The notes under the pieces are model-generated. The model was not told where the DNA came from. It made no database searches and was given only the letters and a program-made list of their open reading frames with translations. A stretch of 64,000 nt of DNA. Origin: Macrostomum lignano. Its lineage: Eukaryota. A program made the translations under genes and the position numbers. Positions 24,901 through 36,728 of the stretch are shown here, one piece after another. Numbering within the stretch: position 1 is the first letter of the stretch; every line of letters begins with the position of its first letter. The stretch is from NCBI GenBank assembly GCA_002269645.1, contig NIVC01002960.1:1-64000 (forward strand), in the 5' to 3' direction.

Positions 24901-27900
24901 ATCCGAGCCCGAGAACTCCGTCTCAGTCGCCAGAGACTCCGAGCCCACGAACTCCGTCTCAGTCGCCAGAGACTCCGAGCCCACGAACTCCGTCTCAGTC
25001 TCCAGAGACTCCGAGTCCGAGAACTCCGTCTCAGTCTCCAGAGACTCCGAGCCCACGAACTCCGTCGCCGTACACGCCTTCTGCAACGCCCGGAACTTCT
25101 ACCGTCTGTGAGGAGTGGACCGACTGGATCAACCTCGACAACCCGTCTACCGGTGAGGGCGACATTGAGACCATCGACAAGGCCAGAGACCGCTGGCCCG
25201 GATTCTGTCCGCAGCCAATCAGCATCCAGTGCAGAGACTCCGACAGCAAGAAGGACGTCACCGACATTCCTCAGGAGCTCATCTGCGATGTGAACCAGGG
25301 CCTTGTGTGCAAGAACGAGCACCAGTACCCGACCAAGTGCCTTGACTACGAGGTCCGCTACTTCTGCGAGTGCTTCGGTAGGTTTCTCTCCGGCTTGGTA
25401 ATATCTTAATATTTTTATGATCGGCTCCTCTTGCCTCATCGTTCTACACCTATTTGACTGCACTGCGCGTTGCACATCAGAGTTAGGTGTTATTCTTAGC
25501 TAGAGGCACGTACAGATTATTAGGATAAGCTGTGTTTGTAAACAGTTAACAGCAGAGTTGTGTATTTGGATCGAGTCGAAACAAGAGAGTTGAAAAGCGT
25601 ATTGCAGTTTAATTTGCTCTTCAAGCGACTATCTGCGGGGAATTCAGCAATAGACAAGAGCTGTTCAATATTAAGAAGCATTCTAGAATATTCCATACGT
25701 GGAAGGTGAATCTGCTTATTAAAACAGAACATATCAGTAATTGACAATTACATGCATAGCATTGAATTTACCTTAGTAGAAATTACTCGTATTCTACTTG
25801 CAATTTTTTTCATTTTTGCTTAGAAAAAACCGCAGATAATTAGAATACCTAGATGGGCCACTCAGCACACTTGCGTGTAAGCTACTTTCAGTTCAGTAGT
25901 AAGTTAAATAGAAACATATTAATGTATTTTTAAAGCCAAGGCTCATTAACTGACTATTACCCCCAGCTTAAACCCTCTAACCGCGCTTTTCCACACTACC
26001 CTCCGCCACGCCCCACCCCAATTTTTATTGCCTTTCTTGGAATTCCAGCCTAAAGCTGGCATGTACATTTCAGTTGGACTGGCTGATGCACATTACTGCT
26101 TAACCAATCAGCAAGTTGTTTACGCCTGCAAGCTTGGGCTTCCTAACTTATCAAAGTCATTTTACTGGCCTTTATTTACGTAAAATAGCTTATGCATTCT
26201 TCTTTGCTACTGAACTGAAAGTAGAAAGCTGTTTTACGAGTGACTACGACGTAAGTATGCATTAAAGGCCAGCGAGGTCGTTTGAAAACACAACACCTGA
26301 TATTCGTAATTTCAAGTGTACAAAGCTACATAAGATGAAATGTTTACCAAGCAAAAGAAATTTGAATTTCAGAGACGCAGACTCCTTCCGAATCAACAAG
26401 GACTCCGAGCCCTCGAACTCCGTCTCAGTCTCCAGAGACTCCGAGCCCGAGAACTCCGTCTCAGTCGCCAGAGACTCCGAGCCCTCGAACTCCGTCTGAG
26501 TCGCCAGAGACTCCGAGCCCGAGAACTCCGTCTCAGTCTCCAGAGACTCCGAGCCCGAGAACTCCGTCTCAGTCTCCAGAGACTCCGAGCCCAAGAACTC
26601 CGTCTCAGTCTCCAGAGACTCCGAGCCCAAGAACTCCGTCGCCGTACACGCCTTCTGCAACGCCCGGAACTTCTACCGTCTGTGAGGAGTGGACCGACTG
26701 GATCAACCTGGACAACCCGTCTACCGGTGAGGGCGACATCGAGACCATCGACAAGGCCAGAGACCGCTGGCCCGGATTCTGTCCTCAGCCAATCAGCATC
26801 CAGTGCAGAGACTCCGACAGCAAGAAGGACGTCACCGACATTCCTCAGGAGCTCATCTGCGATGTGAACCAGGGCCTTGTGTGCAAGAACGAGCACCAGT
26901 ACCCGACCAAGTGTCTTGACTTCGAGGTCCGCTACTTCTGCGAGTGCTTTGGTAAGTTTCTCTTGGCTTCAAGGCTATCTGGAACATTTTTGTAATCTGT
27001 TTCTCAGACTTTATCGTCACTCTCCTTCAAAAAGATTGGTTCTAAGAGCGTAAACCTATTCGACTGCGCGTTGCGCAGAAGAGTTTGGTTAAATTTATAA
27101 AAACTACGTATAATTTCCTATATTCAAACAGTTAATTTACCTTGCTTAGATAAAAGTAATTTTGTGTTCTACTATCGAATGGAGGCTTACCTAGAAGGAG
27201 AGAGTTAATAATTTTCCAGCTTATCACTGAAATTAAATACCTACTACCCGTAAAAACTCGAAAAGGAAAGATTTTAACTTCGTAGAAATATTTTCCTCTT
27301 CAGTGAAAGACTTTGTTTTTAAAGTAATATACGAGTACATATATAAACTAAATAAAGATATATACGAGTATAAGCTTTCCCAAGCAGTAAAAGTTTCTGC
27401 ATTGAAGGGTGGTATTTCATTGAGATACAGTTGATAGTTTCTACAGTACAAAGCTACATACGCTCGTACTCGTACGTTGGAAAGTTAACAAACACAAGAA
27501 ATTTTAACTTCAGAGACGCAGACTCCTTCCGAATCAACAAGGACTCCGAGCCCTCGAACTCCGTCTCAGTCTCCAGAGACTCCGAGCCCTCGAACTCCGT
27601 CTCAGTCTCCAGAGACTCCGAGCCCTCGAACTCCGTCTCAGTCTCCAGAGACTCCGAGCCCGAGAACTCCGTCTCAGTCTCCAGAGACTCCAAGCCCAAG
27701 AACTCCGCCTCAGTCGCCAGAGACTCCAAGTCCGAGAACTCCGTCTCAGTCTCCAGAGACTCCGAGCCCAAGAACTCCGTCTCAGTCTCCAGAGACTCCG
27801 AGCCCGAGAACTCCGTCTCAGTCTCCAGAGACTCCGAGTCCGAGAACTCCGTCTCAGTCTCCAGAGACTCCGAGCCCGAGAACTCCGTCTCAGTCTCCAG

Positions 27901-30900
27901 AGACTCCGAGTCCGAGAACTCCGTCTCAATCTCCAGAGACTCCGAGCCCGAGAACTCCGTCTGAAGCACCGGAAACTCCGAGCCCACGAACTCCGTCGCC
28001 GTACACGCCTTCTGCAACGCCCGGAACTTCTACCGTCTGTGAGGAGTGGACCGACTGGATCAACCTGGACAACCCGTCTACCGGTGAGGGCGACATCGAG
28101 ACCATCGACAAGGCCAGAGACCGCTGGCCCGGATTCTGTCCGCAGCCAATCAGCATCCAGTGCAGAGACTCCGACAGCAAGAAGGACGTCACCGACATTC
28201 CTCAGGAGCTCATCTGCGATGTGAACCAGGGCCTTGTGTGCAAGAACGAGCACCAGTACCCGACCAAGTGCCTTGACTACGAGGTCCGCTACTTCTGCGA
28301 GTGCTTCGGTATGTACTGCACCACCTGATTTTTCTCAGTGCAACTACTGGTACGAACTAATTGGCACTTTTGTCAACAATTCCATCGTTTGTTTCAGAAA
28401 CGCAGACGCCGTCCGTATCAACAAGAACGCAGAGCCCAAGGACGGTAACACAGGAAACTACAATCGGTAAGCTCATATTTCGATAGGGAAATACGAGCGT
28501 AATATTGCTTTATTAATGTTTTTTAAATTAACAAATTGCTACCTTTCCTAATTCGTTTCAGTCACGAAGAATAAGGAAGAAAGTAAGGAGCCTGTATATG
28601 CTGTTCTTTCATAGTGTTTTTTTCTTGAGCTGTACATCCTCTGCTAAGCCTATGTCGCTACCTTAAAGCTCTTATAGTGCCTACAGTCCTAAAAAGTCTT
28701 TACGTTCGATTTTAACAAAACTTTCTTTGTTTGTCAAGTCTGTTCATACAATATTATCGATTGGGCAATTCATTTCGATACACTGCAGTGGATTGAGATG
28801 TGAACTGGGAATTACAAGACAACTACGAGCTACATGTACAGTACATGAAAACGTAAACGCGCAAGCTTTAGCTGAGGCTGAAACTCGTATATAAACCGTA
28901 TAGAAGAAGCACACAACCAAATGGGGTCATGGTCTCCAGACGAACTCATCTAATCTGATTGTTTCAGCTGGAGAAACGGCCACGACGAAGGAGAGGCCGA
29001 CGCCACCGACATGGTCCACGCCGCCGCCGGGCGTCTGCCCGGGCGTGAACGACACTTCGCTGTGCCCCGCCCGGTGCCCCGCGCCTCTCATGTGCGACGG
29101 TCTGAGCTGCGTTGAAGAGTGCCCATGCATTATTGAGGGCCGCAGGATCAAGGTTAGCGCTTTGTGCAGTACAAATGGGTACAATTCCTGAGTTAGTCTC
29201 GAGCACAATTTCTTTAGTGTACATGTAGTATAGGTGCTACGGCCTTGGAACATTTCATGCATACAAAATTGAGTACTAGGCAACAAAACTTAATGAAGCG
29301 ATATTGTCTTGCAGCCTGGTCACGTGATTAAGACTTCGGACTGTCAGCTGTGCACCTGCATCAGCAACGGCATCTACCATTGCACCCCATTTGTTTGCCC
29401 AAGCTGTCCGCCCGGAAAGCAGCTGATTAGCTCGGGCCCACCGAGTTGCGAGTGCGAGTGCGAAGAAGGCACTACAGCTGGCGGCAGCACCACAGCCAGC
29501 GGCAGCCCCACAGCCGGCGGCAGCAGCGCCACCACCAGCGCAATCTTTACCACAAGCAAGGAACCGTCCCTGACGACAACTGGGCCTCGAGGCGTCTGTG
29601 TCTACCTCAGCAACCAGACCGAGAATGTCTACAGAGACGCCAACCGGCCAACAGACCTGATACAGATTGAACTCGAAATCGGCGACGTCCGCAAGGAGGG
29701 CAAGTGCCGCGTTTGCATTTGCTACGAGAGGTCTGGCCAGGAGCCGGAGCTCGTGTGCAAAGACACCGCCTGTCCGCCTGTCCGTGACTTTGAGTGCGCT
29801 GTCCAGTCGCGCGCCCAGCCCGGTGAGTGCTGCCCCACGTGGAGAAATGCCGCTGCGAGATTAACTTCCAGGGCAAGTCGATCTACCTGAATGAAGGCGA
29901 GACTCACTGGCTGAGCAACTGCCGCGGAGTTCGGTGCGAGCGGAACCCGGATGACAAGGACTACTACAACCGAGTGATCGAGGTGGACACGCACAGGTGC
30001 TGCATCATTAACGGAACCGAGGTCGCCATCGGTGAGAAAATTCCGTCGCATGAGAAATGCTACGAGTCCGAGTGCGCCAAGCTGCCCAACGGCGAACTGC
30101 GGGTCCAGGAGAAGCAGATCAAGTGCCCGCAAGTGCAGCCCTGCAGGCCGGGCGAGAAGCCCAAGCCAGACGAGTGCTGCGAGTCGTGCCGCCTGCCATG
30201 TAAGTTACTGATGGCTTTATCGGACTCTGAACTTGTAGTGTAGCTGCCGCAAGGAAACTGCGAGTAAATAGCCTATCAATATTGATGATAATAATAAGCC
30301 GTTTGATGTGGCTTAGCTGCCAAGACTTGATCAGAGACATCAGAGAAATTTGCAATAGGGTGTCCAGTCACGAGGTGCCACCTGTTGAAGGTCCAGAAGC
30401 TCCACCTGGGGGAAGGCTTGTGACCAACGAAGTCAGAGCTGGTGCAGAGACACATGTAATGGACGTGCTGATGAAATCTTGAAGCTTGGCAAGGCCTCAC
30501 TCAGGCGCTTAGCTGATTGGCGCACAGGGGTGTATTGAGTACACTGGCGCTTATGGGAACAATCCGACCTGTCAAAATCGTTGAATATCTTGACGGTCCA
30601 GAGGCCTATCAACTTGACACGCTCGTACTTGTTTACGTGAAACTTTATTTTCTCCACAAACCGCACCCTCAGCAATGGACGACTGCACGAACTGTACACT
30701 CAAGACCTACTCGCCCCTGCTGAGCACAATCGGCATCTTCAAGGCCAAAGTGAACAAGGCCGAATGCGAGAATCGGGAAGTGGTTGAAGATCTTCAATAC
30801 TGCTCCGGCTACTGCCAGCCCTCAATGGCGGAGTGGGTGCAGGACCTGTACCTGAACCAGGGCAGCTCGCACTACTGCTGCCAAGCGGTGAGCACTCTGA

Positions 30901-30998
30901 GCAGGCCCATCAAGCTGACGTGCCCCGACCAGTCAGTGCACACGAGGAACTTCCGCACAGCCAAGTCCTGCCAATGCCAGCCGTGCAGCGGACCATGA
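9982..30998 (+). CDS. Secreted hemolectin/hemocytin-like gel-forming mucin, ~3,670 aa: signal peptide, sushi-like, EGF, 3x(VWD-C8-TIL), vWC-like, 7 WxxW(CysD), F5/8 type C, PTS repeats, C-terminal cystine knot
   Basis: 22 GT-AG exons: 9982-10037, 10144-10169, 11802-11895, 12204-12415, 12695-13340, 13959-14224, 14377-14723, 15602-15865, 16258-16752, 16871-17111, 17241-17537, 17632-20062, 20284-20428, 20509-21228, 21620-22306, 24142-25377, 26373-26951, 27514-28308, 28398-28466, 28968-29152, 29315-30199, 30673-30998. All phases join if one G (16594-16599) and one C (29833-29836) are added. Motifs: VWGDSSYRTFDG, GLCGTFDNDQ, WTxWxN..DYEVRFxC, GAWTADT..WIEV..GLRTQGR, CSGYC..CC..C..CQCQPC. Confidence 0.92.
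10244..10284 (+). pseudogene. Duplicated 3' half of mucin exon 3 plus its splice donor, inside intron 2
   Basis: GCTAAGATCGACTGCGAGGATCAGTACAACCTCTTCCT|GTGAGTGGGTCAGG is identical to the exon 3 end at ~11858-11909; the nearest upstream AGs give an in-frame stop or a frameshift. Confidence 0.8.
10285..10995. repeat. Minisatellite, 20-bp unit GGTCAGGGATGGGTCAAGT(A/G); related shorter array at 11896-12075
   Basis: About 35 units, beginning at the duplicated donor GTGAGTGGGTCAGGG. Confidence 0.95.
12540..12670. repeat. Short intronic tandem repeat, ~27-bp unit GGAACCTCAATCACCCGGACACTCAAT
   Basis: About 5 copies in mucin intron 4. Confidence 0.9.
13570..13790 (-). mobile_element. Copy of the dispersed structured (SINE-like) repeat in mucin intron 5
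   Basis: About 170 bp closely similar to 46538-46695 (TACTGCCCATTC..ATACGTACGCAGTCATACGC..GGAGTGTACAG..CACTGTGCCTTGGGGGTTGGCCC); sense strand uncertain. Confidence 0.8.
21670..21960 (+). repeat. Coding 30-bp repeat encoding PTS unit EESTTSPRAP
   Basis: About 10 in-frame units within mucin exon 15. Confidence 0.9.
22838..23628. repeat. Intronic minisatellite, 24-bp unit GCCTGCCTGTTCATGGGCTGGCACA(G/C)
   Basis: About 33 units; the ORFs in three frames are artefacts. Confidence 0.97.
24160..27995 (+). repeat. Coding 36-bp repeats encoding ETPSPRTPSQSP in mucin exons 16, 17 and 18
   Basis: Arrays at ~24160-25075 (~25 units), ~26395-26640 (~7) and ~27535-27995 (~13), each followed by a WxxW domain. 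Confidence 0.92.
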
Positions 30999-31215
30999 AA
31001 GGGCGAACAATATCTATTAACAAACTCGCAACCAGCTTTCGCGTGAATGCTAACAACTAAATCACAATTGACCCTCCCCGCCGAACACACTCTGACCCCC
31101 CCATGATAGTTGCTATTCTATACTTTCCAAGCTATCAATTATGAGATTCCAAGTAGTGCCTTCCTACGACTAGATTTGAATACAAAATATTAAATGTGAC
31201 ACATTTTAGTTATTC

Positions 31216-31221
31216 AATAAA
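31216..31221 (+). terminator. Polyadenylation signal AATAAA of the mucin gene
   Basis: Canonical hexamer ~220 nt after the stop codon, followed by T-rich sequence. Confidence 0.6.
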
Positions 31222-31507
31222 GTTTTGATTAATGCTGATTACAGACAGGTAAGCTACTTTCTTGTTTGACGTCTATCTCTTAATTAAATTGTCGAGTCTG
31301 GCCACAGATACCAGAATAACTACATGTCACTCGCAATTAAAATTGTGAACCACTACAGCATCTACTCTGTCAGTAGTTTTTCTGCACAGTGTCACTTTAA
31401 TTTAACGACAGCTAAAATTTCCTTTCCTTCCTCGGGAATTGCGGCCTCAAGAGCAGATGGGGTTAAGTATGAATTGAACGACTAACTCGATGTATACAAG
31501 TGAACGC

Positions 31508-32150
31508 CTAGGGGGCAGGCAGGCCCAATCTAGCTCAGCCAATGAGAGAGCAGCAAGGAGAGAGGGCTAAGTAAGACGAACAAAACTCACTCTAAGGGGG
31601 GCAGGCAGGCCCAATCTAGCTCAGCCAATGAGAGAGAAGCAAGGAGAGAGGGCTAAGTAAGACGAACAAAACTCACTCTAAGGGGGAAGGCAGGCCCAAT
31701 CTAGCTCAGCCAATGAGAGAGAAGCAAGGAGAGAGGGCTAAGTAAGACGAACAAAACTCACTCTAAGGGGGAAGGCAGGCCCAATCTAGCTCAGCCAATG
31801 AGAGAGAAGCAAGGAGAGAGGGCTAAGTAAGACGAACAAAACTCACTCTAAGGGGGAAGGCAGGCCCAATCTAGCTCAGCCAATGAGAGAGAAGCAAGGA
31901 GAGAGGGCTAAGTAAGACGAACAAAACTCACTCTAAGGGGGCAGGCAGGCCCAATCTAGCTCAGCCAATGAGAGAGAAGCAAGGAGAGAGGGCTAAGTAA
32001 GACGAACAAAACTCACTCTAAGGGGGGCAGGCAGGCCCAATCTAGCTCAGCCAATGAGAGAGAAGCAAGGAGAGAGGGCTAAGTAAGACGAACAAAACTC
32101 ACTCTAAGGGGGAAGGCAGGCCCAATCTAGCTCAGCCAATGAGAGAGCAG
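31508..32150. repeat. Tandem repeat, ~86-bp unit with two CCAAT motifs
   Basis: About 7.5 near-identical copies (GCAGGCCCAATCTAGCTCAGCCAATGAGAGAG...). Confidence 0.95.
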
Positions 32151-33092
32151 AAAGGAAGAGGTCAAACTCAGACACAAGCGAGCAAAAGGAAAACCTGTTT
32201 ATTGACCTGGCTGGGGCTCGCTAACTCGCACACACGCACTGGATTTGGCATTTTCAAGCTTTCCCGAGAATTGATTTGTTTTTTAAACAATTTCGAGTCT
32301 GAGGCAGTCTGCAGTCGGTAAATCAGGATTAAGAAGCTGATTTAATGGGTTTGCGTGTAGAAAGCCAGAGGCGATTGTTGCAGCTTTATGAACTTTAAAT
32401 ATCTTGTAATTGTATCATATCATTATAAAGGCCAAAAACGCCAACTCTGCTACTAAAGAAAGTAGATCAAGCGCATTTTTTTCCGAGTGACATGTCTAGA
32501 TATATTGTTGTATATCTGTGAGTTCGACAAAGAAGTGAAGCCGCAGAAGAGATCTATAAATGCATATCACATTAATCGTATTGGTCAGAAGACGCTGACC
32601 CAGAGACTGCTATATTTATTTGGTTCTACGCATCAGCATGCGAAGGTCGCGCGGCTCTCACTCGAACTAAGGAAGCGAAAAACAACGAAACTGCGGTCAA
32701 TGAAAGGAGCTCAGTGCCTCAGTTTGCACAGGCAGGAAGAACTCATAAGCGAAAGAAAGGCCAGCAGTGCCGCATCGGTCCAGACAGGTCGAATAAATAA
32801 ATAATGAAAGAATTTAAGAAACATTAATGAATGAAAACCGAGCTCTCCAGTACATACTAATAACGGAATGATGCAATATAAAACCTCATTTAGCTGCATG
32901 GCAACTGCAAATATCTCAAACTACGAGTGTAAAGAGTGCACGGCCGCACACAGGCATGAATATGAATTTGTAGGCATTGAAAACTAGCTAAGTTTACCAT
33001 ATTCTTAACGCAAAATGACGATCAGCCGCAAGAGCTGCGACCAACAGCTGGTCACTAGATAAAGTTCACGATGAAGCTAATTTCAGAGAGGA

Positions 33093-33912
33093 ATCAGCAT
33101 TAGGGATTCAGCATACAGCATTAGGGATTCAGCACTCAGCATTAGGGATTCAGCATACAGCATTAGGGATTCAGCACTCAGCATTAGGGATTCAGCATAC
33201 AGCATTAGGGATTCAGCATACAGCATTAGGGATTCAGCATACAGCATTAGGGATTCAGCATACAGCATTCGGCATACAGCATTAGGGATTCAGCATACAG
33301 CATTCAGCATACAGCATTAGGGATTCAGCATACAGCATTAGGGATTCAGCATACAGCATTAGGGATTCAGCACTCAGTATTAGAGATTCAGCATACATCA
33401 TTAGGGATTCAGCATACAGCATTAGGGATTCAGCATACAGCATTAGGGATTCAGCATACAGCATTAGGGATTCAGCACTCAGTATTAGGGATTCAGCACT
33501 CAGCATTAGGGATTCAACATACAGCATTAGGGATTCAACATACAGCATTAGGGATTCAGCACTCAGCATTAGGGATTCAGCATACAGCATTAGGGAATCA
33601 GCATACATCATTAGTGATTCAGCATACAGCATTAGGGATTCAGCATACAGCATTAGGGAATCAGCATACAGCATTAGTGATTCAGCATACAGCATTAGGG
33701 ATTCAGCACTCAGCATTAGGGATTCAGCATGCAGCATTAGGGATTCAGCACTCAGCATTAAGGATTCAGCATACAGCATTAGGGATTCAGCATGCAGCAT
33801 TAAGGATTCAGCATACAGCATTAGTGATTCAGCATGCAGCATTAGGGATTCAGCATGCAGCATTAGGGATTCAGCATGCAGCATTAGGGATTCAGCATGC
33901 AGCATTAGGGTT
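33093..33912. repeat. Minisatellite, 21-bp unit CAGCATTAGGGATTCAGCATA
   Basis: About 38 units, most with one TTAGGG; the MLYAESL ORFs are artefacts. Confidence 0.97.
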
Positions 33913-34080
33913 CAGGACTAAGTAGGCATTATTCCTGTGCAGAGATTCAGCATTCTAACAAACAGCAGCATGCAATTCAATACCAGAACAGAAGAATCAA
34001 CAGAGACAGCAGAGAGAAAGACTCAGAAACAGGAGAACACAAAGGAAAATGACGCGGACTAAAACACAGGAAGGGGAAAC

Positions 34081-36728
34081 TCAGTCGCAGGCGGCCAGAC
34101 GGTCGCGCATCAGTCGCACAGACCGCTGCGCGCAGGTCAAGACGTCCGCCGCCAGCTCTTCAACGGTGGTGAAGCGCACCTGCTTGGGGCTGAACAGATC
34201 CTCCGCGAACTGCGTGGCGGTGCTGCGGAGCGCCTCGCAGATTCGGTTGGCTCGCTGGTCGGGGCCGAGGAAGCCCCAGGCCAGGGCGGGGCCCAGGCTG
34301 GCCACCAGGCCGTAGAAATGGTAGGAGAAGCCGCGAGCACCGCCCAGCATTTTCCGCTTGGCCAGCACCAGAGTCCACACCGTGCTGTCCAGGGCGGTGC
34401 GCTTGAACCCGGCCGACAGCCAGCGGTTCTGCAGCACCGACACGATGGAGGGCGGCGGGCTGGCCAGCTCCTCGAAGGCGTCCAGCAGCATGTAGTCGAA
34501 GGCGATATCGTAGAGGCCGAAGACGCGGACGCCTCTCGGCTCCAGGTCGCGCCGGATTGCGTCCGGGGCGTCGGGGGAGTCCAGGAACTGCAGCAGGTCG
34601 CGGTAGGCCGCCTCGAACGGTTGCACATCGCAGCCCAGGCGGTCCAGCAGCAGGGCGCCCAGCTCGCGGCCCGTCACGCGGAACCAGTTGGCGCTGGCCC
34701 TGGAGACGAGTTTAAATAGCAATTTGGTGAGATAGATAGATAGATTAGGATAGCTGCTACTCTAAGTAGGATTAGTGTACATTTTTTCTTGCTTTATTTT
34801 TCCCAAGCTGTGACGTTAGGATGTGTAAAGCGTAGCAGCAAGCCCGCTGAAGGATCCGGAGGGTGGGCGGGTGGCAGCCCACTGGAGGATCGGAGGGTGG
34901 GCGGGTGGCAGCCCACTGGAGGATCGGAGGGTGGGCGGGTGGCAGCCCACTGGAGGATCGGAGGGTGGGCGGGTGGCAGCCCACTGGAGGATCGGAGGGT
35001 GGGCGGGTGGCAGCCCACTGGAGGATCGGAGGGTGGGCGGTGGCAGCCCACTGGAGGATCGGAAGGTGGGCGGTGGCAGCCCACTGGAGGATCGGAGGGT
35101 GGGCGGGTGGCAGCCCACTGAAGGATCCGGAGGATGGGCGGGTGGCTGCCCACAGAGGATCAGAGGGTGGGCGCCCACTGGATGCCAAACGGCAGGAGCA
35201 ACTAGTCAGTAATAGTCAGTATCAAATGCCTCGGCAGCTAATTAGTGTGCGGCTCACCTGTCGGCCATCAGCTGGTCCATAGCCAGGCGGATGCAGTGCA
35301 GCCGGGCCAGGTACTCGGTGTCAGTTGAGCAGCCCAGATTGGCTGTGCGCAGCTTTCTAAACGGCACGGAGCCGTGCTCCAGCTCCAGCAGGGCCGCCCG
35401 GTACAGGTGGGCATTGTCGCTTGCCTGGCGCTTCTAGAGGAGTCCGGACGTTTGTGGAGCTTACTTAGAATACATCAGGCATAAAGTATACTTAGAATAC
35501 ATGGGTATACGTCATATTTTATTGTGCATGGGTATTTCTCAGTATACACGTAGGATATTTCCCAGAATGCTTACGGTATTTCTCAGAATGCTTAGGTATT
35601 TTTCAGAATGCTTAGGTATTTCTTAGAATGCTTAGGGTATTTCTTAGAATGCTTAGGGTATTTCTTAGAATGCTTAGGTATTTTTCAGAATGCTTAGGTA
35701 TTTCTCAGAATGCTTAGGGTATTTCTCAGAATGCTTAGGTATCTCTAAGGAAGCTTAGGGTATTTCTCAGAATGCTTAGGGTATTTCACAGGATGCTTAG
35801 GGTATTTCTCAGAATGCTTAGGGTATTTCACAGGATGCTTATGGTATTTCTAAGGAAGCTTAGGGTATTTCTCAGGATCCATGGGGTATTTCTCAGGATC
35901 TATGGCGTATTTCTCAAGACCGATGGGGTATTTCTCAGAACTCTGCCAGAACTCTGCCAACCTCAAGATCTATCCGAATGGGAGTGGCCAATGCTCTGCA
36001 AGTACACCAAGTACTTCAACACCAACCTGATCGTCCAGGTCGCTGATGTCCAGCTGCTCCAGCGCGCTGACAAACGAGTCCGCGTCGCTGTCACCGTCTT
36101 CGTCGCTGACGTCGGTGGATGGCAGGTAGGCCTCATCGACGTCAAGCGCCCGCTGCTTGGCCCGCTCCCGGATGCTGTAGGCGGTCTCCAGCAGCTGCCG
36201 CAGCTCCGTCAGCAGCTCTGACTCGCTGGCCGCGCCGCCTCGGACGTCGCCCAGGCCGTCGAAGCTCTCCAGCGAGGTCTCCAGGTCGGTGATGACCCGG
36301 TGCAGCGCCTCGATGCCCGAGCGGGCCCCGTCGCCGCCGCCGCTGTCGGTACAGGGGACGGCGTCGTCGATTTCGTCAAGCCGAAGCCGCCGGTGGCTGC
36401 CGGCGACGCCGCTGCGGATGCTGTCCCGCTTGCTGCGCGACCCGCCGCCGACACGGCTTCGCCGACTGCTGCTGGCTGGAGCGGCGGGCAGCGCGGCGGC
36501 CGGAGCTCCGGACATCGAGGCGACGGCTTGGTGGCAGGCACAGGCGCAGCAGCCGTTGCTGGGCGGATAGTCCAGCGCGAGGCCGCCGACAGCGCCGGCC
36601 AGGTCGCGCCGGGTTTGCTGGCGCCGCGCGGCCCGCCAGCGCAGGTAGAGCGCCAGCAGAGCGGCGGAGACACCGGCGCCGGCCAGCGCCAATTGCAGGG
36701 CGCGGCGGGACACCACAAGGGAGGCCAT
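34081..36728 (-). CDS. MIGA: Mitoguardin (FAM73) orthologue, 498 aa, 3 exons
   Basis: Exons 36728-36027, 35433-35258 and 34699-34081 total 1497 nt with consistent phases. N-terminal TM, acidic FFAT-like DSDADSFVSA, and Miga-domain motifs YLARLHCIRLA, YDIAFDYMLLDAFEEL, VLQNRWLS, LGPALAWGFLGP. Confidence 0.92.
34840..35175. repeat. G-rich intronic minisatellite, 34-bp unit GGAGGGTGGGCGGGTGGCAGCCCACTGGAGGATC
   Basis: About 9 units in MIGA intron 2. Confidence 0.95.
35545..35940. repeat. Intronic minisatellite, ~20-21-bp unit GAATGCTTAGG(G)TATTTCTCA
   Basis: About 18 units in MIGA intron 1. Confidence 0.93.

Noticed and set aside
24061-28253. Minus-strand ETETEFSGSESL and RRSSRARSLW repeat ORFs
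   Set aside because: Reverse complements of the 36-bp coding repeat; only the + frame has splice sites that join in phase to WxxW domains
34840-35175. G-quadruplex role for the 34-bp repeat
   Set aside because: Only three GGG tracts per unit and no evidence beyond composition
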